Of a stretch of DNA of 64,000 nucleotides, positions 12,665 to 23,400 are shown piece by piece. The position numbers and the translations under genes are program-made. The notes beneath the pieces were generated by a model. It did no database searches. It saw nothing but the letters and a program-made list of their open reading frames with translations, and was not told where the DNA came from. Source of the stretch: Magallana gigas (lineage: Eukaryota); assembly GCF_963853765.1 (NCBI RefSeq), contig NC_088858.1, forward strand, positions 6,944,001 to 7,008,000, written 5' to 3'. Within the stretch, counting starts at the first letter, position 1; each line of letters begins with the position of its first letter.

Positions 12665-14088
12665 CGAGGGTCAATAAAAAAATACGAAGACTTTTGCCAT
12701 AGCTACATTGTATCATGTTACTTAACGTCATATTATTTTTAAACTTAGTAGACATAATTTAGCAATAGTTTTAATCAATTTGAAATCAAAAAAGTTTATA
12801 TATTTGTTTATTTTTAAGAATTATTTAGAATCTCATTCTGCAAAAATGAGGTCACGGCTCACGGTCAAAATTTGTGTTATGCCAACAATAATTAACCATA
12901 TTATGTTGAAAGTAAAATATCTATAAATTAGGCTTAAAACCAAATAATATTAAAACCTCGGATTGAGATTTGTCATGATATTCTATGTACCAAATAACGA
13001 CGGGATATATAGTTTCGGTGAACAGATATCAAAAACTAAAGATAGTCATCTTTAATTAAAATTGAATTGAAATTGAATGCGTCACGGCGCAACGAAAAGT
13101 ATAAACAGTATGGATGTAACTCGGGGAAAAAGCCGATACAAACTGTGAACATGCTCAAAGATTGAAAAAAATAAATCAAAAATTATTTGCACGTTTGTGA
13201 TTAACTGTATTACATTTTTAGGGGGAGGCAGTATTTGTATTTTGAACATCAAAAGTTCGAAAGAGAGTAGAATAATTTAATTCTGGTTGTAACTCGCTTT
13301 CTGATTGGCTAAAAAATTATTTTATATCGTATAAAGAATGTTGCCTACGTCATAGTAAGACTAACGTCAAAAACGTATCAATACGCCTGACGTTACGTTT
13401 GAATTTTGTACAATTTTACGTCATTTTAAAGGTCAAATGGCCGTTTTTATCTACAATGAAGAGTAGAAAAATTAAATTATAAGCAATGAATTCAATATTT
13501 ATTAGTTTTATACGATATAAAATGGTTTGAAACAGTTTACGCTTTTTTTATAAACCGCTTCGCGGTTTATAAAGCGTAAACTGCCCCAAACCATTTTATA
13601 TCGTATAAAACAAATAAATATTGAATTCATTCCTTAAATATCTGTAAACATTTGGTCAAAAGAACAAACAATATCTGCCGTTCATGGTTTTTCTTACAGT
13701 AATTGAAGAGACATGCGGTAAAAATTAAAACTTCGAGGAACTAACTTGTGATTCTCGAACAAATGTGAACAAATTAGATGTCGAGCTATATAGTGCCGAT
13801 TTCAATTGTATGGTAGAAAGCACAAACGACTCAGATTGGGAATTTATATTAACTGTGCGTGCGTCATCTTGACGTCATGTTTTCAACGTTGCCGTGCGCC
13901 ATGGTGACGAAACATGTTGTTTTTAAAATGGGGTAGGCCTAACAAAAATACCTTTTCATCAAATGAAATGAAACTTCGTATACCAATAGAATAAGTAGTG
14001 GTGCATAAATTATTTTGTTAGCTGTGACTAATATGAAAAATATATGAGCGACAGGCACATTGTCTTCGTATTTTTTTATTGACCCTCG
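12665..14088. mobile_element. Non-autonomous mariner-like element, 1424 bp
   Basis: Perfect 27-bp TIR cgagggtcaataaaaaaatacgaagac. TA duplication at 12663-64 and 14089-90, in a palindromic atgTAcat target. No transposase ORF. Confidence 0.92.
13270..13640. mobile_element. Hairpin-ended non-autonomous element nested in the mariner MITE
   Basis: 5' tctgattggct plus a ttttatatcgtataaa motif. 3' ~147-bp palindrome 13485-13631 with apex ccgc-ttc-gcgg. Ends ttccttaaata. No TSD seen. Confidence 0.7.
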
Positions 14089-14999
14089 TACATGTTGAAA
14101 AAAGTCTAGGAACACGGCGTCACATAGGAGTCTGTTCCGGAGGAAAAGCTATAAGCATGGATATAAATTTACGAAGAGGAATTTCATACGAGTTGGACGG
14201 AATGGACCAGATGAAACATGGGTTCATCAACCCTCGGGACCATGCCACTTTAACTGTATTTTTTCGGACACCTTTTTCTTACATGCAAACTGAATAATTA
14301 GTTGTCAACAACAAAAAGTTGTTTTCAATATCTATAGTTGGAAGAAGAGAAATAAATTCAAGCTGTAAAGTCTATAAACCCATGCATATCACGAATCTTT
14401 CAAATTCTAGCTGCTGCTCAGATTCGATAAAATAAATACCATAACGGTTAGAGCATATTGTCTACTATTTAAAAGTAGAATTTAAAACTATGATCGTCAA
14501 AATATGAATATTGTCTTCATCAACTTTCATAGTTGGAAGGAGGGCTGTAAAGTTGACGTACAAACCACTTATAAATGTACGCAATTTTTCGTAACAACAA
14601 AATCAAACTGCGTGAGTTAACATTAATCTTATATCTTAAGTAGACAAGGAAGAAGTCGGAGCACCATGCATGGCTGTTTTCAAGCATACGGACCAAAAAC
14701 AACCCTACCAGCAACTCTATCAACCAACTAACCCTTCCAAAAAGAAACTGCAGATAAAAATAAAAAGTAAAAAGGATATCTTTATTTTCTATCACTTCCT
14801 CCTTCTCTCTATTAAAGAATTCACCCATTTATTGGTTGTTGTTTTTTTAAGTATGGAATACAGTTGCCATTCTAGTACAGGGTAAATAATGAAGAACAAA
14901 ATACATACATATGCAAATTACAATTTATACATTTGAACAGATATAACACACGTTTAACCATGTACAGTAAACAATGAACACACCGCGGACAGCCGCCCG

Positions 15000-16342
15000 T
15001 CAGGACTTTTTCCCGCCTGATTTCGATGATTGTCGTTTGGAGGTGGGGGCAGGTTTTGCAGCCTTGGGTTTCCCGCGCCGCTCATCCTCACGCCCTGAGC
15101 CCTTCCTTGACTGCCTTGATTGGGGGCGGGGATTGATGAGTTCTGAATATATGGAAAATCAAATAAGTCATGACATACATAATAGATAGTGTATATATAT
15201 TGTTTACATTGTATATTAAAGAAATGAGTGTTTGGCAGACGTATGAGAATTAATATCGTGAAAGCATTGGATGTCTGACGATTACTATCTGGATTAATAT
15301 ATGGTAAGAGGCGTCTCCTCTTAAAGTTGTTTAGTTCTAAAACATTTCATTCTGAACGCCACGGCGCGCAAATATTGGCTTTTACTGGTAAATATACATA
15401 GACTTTTTTGGAGGTATATTAAATAACAAAATCGTCTCATTAAACAAGCGTTATTAGAAAACTGTCACTGTCGAAATGATAAATACCCACCCATAAATTC
15501 CTGGTTTCCTTCCATGCCGGTCAGGAGAGGGATAAAGGTAAGCCTGTCCCCCATCGTGGACTCGTTCTCGTCCCCAAAGGAGCTACCTGTAATCATATCA
15601 CCTTAGGTTACACCTGTATCTGGTGCATTAAATAAAAAGCTTAATATTTCATTTCCATCATGGTTTTTATTCTCTTTGTAGATAAAGAGTATCTTATGTA
15701 TGGATGAATTATGATTTCTAAAGGAGGGACACCTGACAATCTCGTGGCTATAGTTAGATGCCGAGCAAACAAGGGGATATTTAACGTAACTCAAAAAACA
15801 GACACTACAAACACAGAGATCAAGATAGGACCGGAATATACACTAGTCAGGGCAACAGATGTGGTGAACGCCTCGCCGAGTCACAGGAAGTATAAAGCAA
15901 TAGTAAGAGTTCTTGATTGATGTATACAAACATGTAAGCTTGTTGTACCCATTGTTTTGGTGTAAAATTATTAATAAATATACAAACAACGACCTCATCA
16001 CATGTCCTCTTTAAATGAACAAACGGCAGGTACATGATGTAACTTGTGAAACGAAGCTCGTACAATTATTATGTGTTACACTAACTACATGTCATAAATA
16101 TCAAATCAGGTCGGACATGTAAGCCAGATAACTATCTTCTTTACATTTAACTTTCATGTTAAGCACGGCTTGTCAAAAAGATCATAAATTGATTGCAATG
16201 TCGCAAAGATATTCCAATATGGATGAGGGGATCAACCAGAATTAAGCATATGACCAAAATCAAAGCAGATTTTTGAACAACAATCTTTTAAATAATTATC
16301 CATCCTATAAAGAGGACTTGATTTTAACAGAACTCAATAATA

Positions 16343-16383
<41 letters not shown>

Positions 16384-18452
16384 GGAAGCACGAGCATGCA
16401 AAGATTGCTACATTTCACTAGACTATTGGAAGTGGTGGCAACAAGGATTTGCGTATTTTTTGTAAAAGAATGCATGCATCTTCGGGAACCATTAGTTGAG
16501 AAAGATAGGTGATTGAAATGACGAGCATACGTATTTTTTACAGGGTTATTAAGTCATGAGAGTGATTGTACCGTCGACTTTCAGAAGAATGAGGGTCTCC
16601 CGTTCCTTCAGATGATCGATCCCATAGTCATAGGGGAATTCCCGCAGGTGTTTGACCACGCCCTTCTCATCGGAGAGCTCCACATCGTCTACAACAGAAC
16701 CAGACCAGCTCCATCAAACCACAATGTGATATGAAACAAAAAACTGATATTCTATAGAATAATTTATGAAATCTTTCGGCACTTGGTACATGGATCCCCC
16801 TTTCATATTTAATGTTAAAACCCAGACCGACATACATGTATCCTTCATATATCCTCTAATTTGCATATTAGAAAAAATAAACAGGATGAAAGAGATAAGT
16901 TGCCACCACGTTTGACGTTTAATGCGTTTGCCGGTTTGTTGCAATTTCGAGACAAACCAAAGCAACAGTTAACGAACGTTTGCGCGAGATGCTATAAGCC
17001 ACATGATGTCATGGATGATTTTTTTTGTACATGGAACAAGTCTAGTCGGTAATATAAAGGAAATTAGAGATCCCCAGGTAAATAAAAGAGCCGTTATAAC
17101 CTTACTCTAACTGGTCTCACAAGGTACCTACATAGGTCTGTAACTGATACAATGTAAACCTTGCTCCTTGGCCTTCAGAGATCTCTTTTACAGATTTAGA
17201 GAACCCCGTCACAGATAGCGTCATATTTTGGTGTAACAGGATCCCGGGAGGATTATTGAACACAGGGGGAAAAGCCCATTTGTTTTATACCCCCGCACAC
17301 GACAGGGGGATCCAATCGCCTGACGTGACAAGATAGTCTCTGTAATATCTTCTAATCGTTTAATAACCACCGCTACAACAATCAGCTACCGGCGGCCATT
17401 ATTATCTTACATCTTAATTAGAAAAAAAGCTTTAAATATTTACAACCACCTGTTTAAGCAAATATAGAATTGTAGATTGTGTAATTGTGATTCTGTAGGT
17501 AAGGGGTCTGTGTCAATATTAAACAGGACCAGTGTTGCAGGGTATTGTGTGACTTCAGGTTTGGACATTATTTTTGGGTGTTTAGTCTTACCCTCTCTAT
17601 GGCAATCACAGCGTTTCTTGATGTGCTGTAGAAGAACATCGTTCCTGCAGTTGGCATTGAAGAGACGACTCTGTTCGTCTGTAAATGGAGAAAAAAAAAG
17701 AAACCCTTTTATCAAAACTCTTCATTCATTCAGATTGTTTAAAGATTGTACATAAATAATTCATGTGGAGAAAATACAAGCACATAACATTAGAGTGACT
17801 GAAATCGGTCGACATGAAAGAGATCGCGCAATAAGTAGTTGTCCATAGAAGCTTAAAAACGCTAAAATCACTTCTATAACGGGCAATAAAACAATTTTGT
17901 GTAAAAAGGTTTCTTCGGTCTTTGTGAGATTGGGGGTAATCCACTCGGGCTGAATTTTGAAATGTTATCAACAAACTGTAAAGGTAAATTGTAAATCGTT
18001 AAACCAATAGAATGGGGAGCCATAACTTATCACCTCCATATCACAGTTTTATTGACTACAGGCGAATACACCACACCATTCAAGCTCCATCAACGCAGTG
18101 CTTTCCCTGATGATCGGGGTAAGAAGAAATTAAAATGTTATACCAGTTTTCAATGAACTTCAGTTTATAAATAAAACTGAGAGAAAATCAATAGGACTTG
18201 AATTCATAGGCCACAAAACCAATTTTACAAACAGATCCAAACTTTATGCCAATGGAAGGGGAAAAAATATTTTTTTCTAGTTTCATAAAACATGTTCGAC
18301 GTATTTAAATCCGACATTGATCAGAAACATGGTCTATATACGACTTAATTGAAACTTAATTGAAAAGCAGTTATCTTTGAATTCGCTTAACTGTTGTGTA
18401 AGAATAGAAGGGTGGGAAAAAACTCACCTCCGAATTTGACTGTCACGAACAT
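15000..18452 (-). CDS. Uncharacterized CXorf65/C22orf15-like protein, 155 aa, 5 coding exons
   Basis: Exons 18428-18452, 17592-17678, 16572-16688, 15491-15586 and 15000-15142, all GT-AG and all phase 1. Protein MFVTVKFGDEQSRLFNANCRNDVLLQHIKKRCDCHREDDVELSDEKGVVKHLREFPYDYGIDHLKERETLILLKVD... ends in a basic tail. The MFxxVxFG...xNxxC pattern matches human CXorf65/C22orf15 N-termini from memory. Confidence 0.85.
16270..16520. repeat. Cg170-like satellite/Helitron fragment in an intron
   Basis: tgtcaagtttggttgaaattggcccagtggttc is a core motif I recall from oyster satellite DNA. Confidence 0.5.
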
Positions 18453-19289
18453 GGTCGAGAAATTTTAAATCTGTCAAACAATGTCATGGATGAGATTTTC
18501 ACTCTTCTGTCAGCACATTCTCACTCCATCATCTCTACAGCAGCCTCTTCTATTGCAAGACTCTCAATTTATACAGACAATCCTTAACCAAACTGGCGAA
18601 ACAACGAACCGAAACACAATTATTAATTTGATGTCAGTATGTTTCGAGTATTGATATCCACGTGGAATCAGATTGACATGCACAGTGGTAGTTCTGATCG
18701 AGGACCACTCTGCCTGGAGACAATGCCTTGAGTGTGCGGTTGGGTGAGTCTGGGACACGTTACCGTACCCTGAGTTAAAGGGCTCGGGTGGTTCTGACTG
18801 AAGACAGTCAAGTATACATGTGTCAATCTCTCCGGAGATTTAAACTGACTGGTGGCGATTGGTGGAGTCGTAATCAGAATTAACAAGAGAGGCAAAGTGA
18901 GAAGAGAAATATTTGGCTATAGAAATGTTTTCTGTACAAAGAGAGTGAGACAATATAGATGTTTGCTGGTGATAAACTAAATACACAAAAGGGGAAGTGG
19001 TGTAGTTTTGGCGAATAAACTTTAAACTGACAATACACCATGGAAAGCGCAAAAAGTAAAGTACAGAAAGACACTTATAAACGAATGCATATCAAGCGAG
19101 TGATGTCGAATGACCTTTCAATGTCATTTCTTTACAAACGCAACTTTTTAAAATATTTTGTAGATTAGTATCTCTTTTATAAGATTTATCAATACACAGT
19201 TTACAAAATTTTAGATTAATTATAAGGAATCATTCAAGGTTTCAAGAAATAAAACATGTCAGAAATGAAACTTCCTATATCATTCTCTA

Positions 19290-19732
19290 CTCTGTCCTAA
19301 GATATCCCGGATTCACATTTTGCTTAATTGCTTGATATCTATAAATACCTCAGACTTTAAACGATGTTCAATCAAATGTATGAAAAATTTCCAAGATTTC
19401 TAAGTCGAAACGCCCCTGTTAGCTTATCAGGTTTTAATACAATGCTAAAAAATGTGATGTCTACGGGAATTTTGTATAGCAGCAAGCCCGGATGATAACG
19501 TTGTAAAATTGCGCGATGTATTCAGAGTGTATTCCGACATTCCCCATTATAAATCTCCATAAGGAATCTGTTTTCGTTCCTGTGAATTTTTCCGAGTGAA
19601 AGATGATAATGTGTCAATGAAATTATCTTGGAAATTATTCCTTTCAACTCTTTCAATTGCACTTCTTTCACGTGTATGTGTATATTTAATAAAAATCGTC
19701 CAAATTTGCTGCATAACTATCTTGGGACAGAC
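19290..19732. mobile_element. Tc1/mariner-type MITE, 443 bp
   Basis: ta|ctctgtcctaagata ... tatcttgggacagac|ta with TA on both sides. Homologous to 10034-10487. Confidence 0.8.
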
Positions 19733-20493
19733 TATAAGAAGAATTTTTAAAACTGATAGTATAGTTGTCTGTATGTGTATTAATCGACCAGTATGTGCAC
19801 GTTTCAATTTGACACCGAGTGACTAAAACACATGTATCGATATATGAAATAAATATACAGTCGTGCATGTACATGTACACTTAGAACTGCGTATGGTCAA
19901 TGCATCAACAACTATCGACCAAGGACCATCCCTTTTGTCGGAATGTTTGTGTTTCCTTCAGAAAACAGGGCAGCTGGTTAATGTATATATTTTGAATGTT
20001 TAAATAATACCGGTATTTCTGTTAGAAATACCAGCCATTATCAATACTGAGTTTTCTTGTGTTCTGACAATGTATGGGACATGGGTTTTAATTAACCATT
20101 ATGAGATTGTTAACTTTTAAATCAAGGCGCTTGCCAATTTGATCAAGAGAAATAAAATTATTAATCTAATTTGGTAAATGTAACGAACATTGGTAGATAT
20201 TGATACTTGAATAGATATCCGAATAAATTAGTCACATACACACAAAAAATTCCCTTTTGATTCAATTCTTCTTTAACAGTGAACGTTTTATAATTCACTT
20301 TTTCGAGTTGTGTACACGGGAACTTGAGAATCATATAGTTTCGCGGAAATTGTCATCCCGAGTTGACCCGCCAACCAATCACCGGTCGCGTGCCTTACCC
20401 GTCCCCTTCCTGTGTATCCGAGCCGTAGTCTATGTGTGTGACAGTGACTGAACGGAGCATGACCAAATCCAGTGTAACGGAGAAACGACAAAA

Positions 20494-23400
20494 ATGAAAC
20501 AGAAGTACACGTTCTGGGAGAAACTGAGTTTGAAATGTGTTCTAGTGGGGGACATGAACGTAGGGAAGTCTAGCTTGGCTGCCCGGATATCTTCGAGGAC
20601 GTTCAAGACGGACTATTCTCCGACTCTGTTCGACAACTATGCAGGTATAGACGGCTGCGGGGTTCTCCAACTGTTAATTTTTTTTGTTTAGAATGACAGG
20701 TTCTTTCAATGGTTTGGCTTAAATCAGAGAAAAGTTTTTTGTATTAAGTCGTTTTCTTGGGTAACGCTGGAATTCTTGACACACCAGAAAAAAGTGAAAG
20801 ATTTAGAAGCAAGACTAAGACCTTCGCAAACAAAATTTCGTGATATTGAGAGTTTTAACTGCTTAAAATAAATGACATTGATTTAGTGAGTATATATGTC
20901 ATTATTGTGTTAAAAAATGACTAAAGAAATAAATAAATGAATATAGTTATAAATGAATAAATAGATTGTAAACTTCATAACCTAATGCATTAGTAATAGG
21001 GCGTAAACTGAATTTTTCTTTGTGTATGTTGTTGAATGTTACAAGGTGCAGTCTACACTAAGGGTATATTACCTGTGCATTAAGTGTCAGGCTGTGGTCA
21101 GGTACATGGAAGGCCCCTGAGTCAGTTACCTGTTAGCAAGGTAACTAACTGTTACACCTGATTGTAATCGCGTTCAGTAACCCGACCCTCGAGGCGGACT
21201 CTGTAATGACTACCTCGCCGTATTTCTTACGTTTGCACTGCATGAACTGAGATGAACTATACAGTATCATTGCAAATCAATTAAATGCAGAAAGTCATTT
21301 ATCAAATTTTCAATTTCAAGAACTTTGAATTTCCATACACATAAATGCCTAGTATGTACAGATTAATTAGAAAAAAGTATAACAACTGGGTCGTTAGAAC
21401 TACATATTGACATCTGTGTATCGACAGCTAACGTCATTTACTTCCTGTAAAAATCCGGTATGTATTGAGGATGTGTAAAATATACGCCAAGCCTGAAAAG
21501 AACTTTCCGACACAAAATCCCTTTAAATATTTCTAGATTTAACTGTTAAAAATCTGTGAGTTTTTATCCGTCTCTGTGCGTTTCCCGACCAACTGCAATT
21601 AGCCCTGATACAGCAATGCATATTTTCTAGTTTGCGTTTGGAATTTGGGTTAACAATATAAAGACATCTTTTAAAATACATGTCCCCCGACCAGTTATAA
21701 TTGGGTTAAATGCAGTTACTAGTGTATATATTGGTCATGCAATGTAAATTAGACATTTGGGATATTGTAAGAAAAAAGAACTAAGTCGATAAGTTGTGTA
21801 ATGCGAATCGTAGCTACTTGAATTGTATGCACACATCCGTAACAAAATAAGCTTGAACATACAAATAATGAAAAAGGCATTTTAGCTGGAATAATATGAC
21901 CTGAAACATTACTTATTGCACAATATTGATCATATAGCACTGATCTTAAGCCTCTTAAATGATATCTCATTAATCCTTGGATTTTGCCTTTAACACACTG
22001 TGACCCAAAGTACATTTTCGAGTATCGGCATTTCCTGCGTTCTTCATTTATTGCATAAAAATCTATATTCCCGGAAATAAACGAATAGAGTAACATGCAA
22101 AGTAAAATTTCCTTGGTAATTTTTTTTACTTGTAATTCATTTTTATATGACAACATATGATGGTTATAATTCTGCCCCGAGCTTGCACAAAGCAGAGACT
22201 TTGAACACATAGGTTTGATCTTTGGAACGATGCATTTACATGTATTGCCATTTTGAATTATCATTATTGCAAATATATGGCTATTGACATTTTAGGTTAT
22301 TTGATACCAAACAATTTCTAAAAACATAGCATTAAATAATACATGCATGTGAGATGTCACCAATTAACTTTATTGTCTTTTTTCTATTTCTTATAGCGAC
22401 TGTTTCAGTACATGGAATCCCATATCACCTGAACCTCTTTGACACGGCTGGAAAGGTAACAATCTAATTAAAATCATTTTTGCTATCCAATTCATGCTTG
22501 AAATATCAACATAAATGCAAAACACCCCATATACAGGTGGTTAATTACATAAATATTTATAGGAATACTAAACAATGCAGTCGGTGTTATACCCTAAATT
22601 TTCATTTTGTTTTAATATACCAACATCTGGATGCAGAAATATGTTTTTTATTCAGCTAACAGTAATATTTCCAGCGGGTGTAAGATATATCATAAATATT
22701 TAACACTGTGTCAAATAATTATGCCAGTGCTAGGTGGCATTTTTGCACCCGTCTAAACTGCATATATTGAAAAATTATATACTGAATTATATATTGAAAA
22801 AATATGCCATATGATAGACCATTGCTTAAAGAGTTTACAACCACCTTTGTCATCATTGTATCTCACCTGTCAGGTGAAATATTTATCTTTCAAAAAATTT
22901 TTACAGGAAAATAATTTTTCCCATAGGAAAAAAACCATATTTCTGTAGGGAAATTTCCAATCGGAGGACAAGAACTTCCTATAGGAATTTCAATTCCGAC
23001 AGGATTTCATAAAATTCGATAGGAGATCTTAATTTCCTATAGGAAAACTACCTGTCTGAATCAAATTCTTGTAGGAAATACCATTCCCCTAATGGAAATA
23101 TAATTCCTTTAGGATTTTTAGAAAATCATATAGGATTGTCAATTTTTTCTGTAGGAGAATCATATCTCTTATATGGGAATTATCATTTTCCTATGGGATA
23201 TTAATTTTTAAAAGTTAATTTCTCACCTGTCAGATGAAACACACAAAAATAAAAAGCGGTATTCTGTAGACAATGGAGTATCATTTGGTATATATGGATG
23301 AAACTGCATCTATAAGCGGGTGCAAAAGTGCCACCTTGGCACTTGCATAATTATCCAGTACAGTGTTATTTAATTGACGTTTATATTAAAATCGATATCA

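Noticed and set aside
21749-22264. 171-aa minus-strand ORF
   Set aside because: Antisense inside Rho intron 1, AT-driven composition, no motifs.
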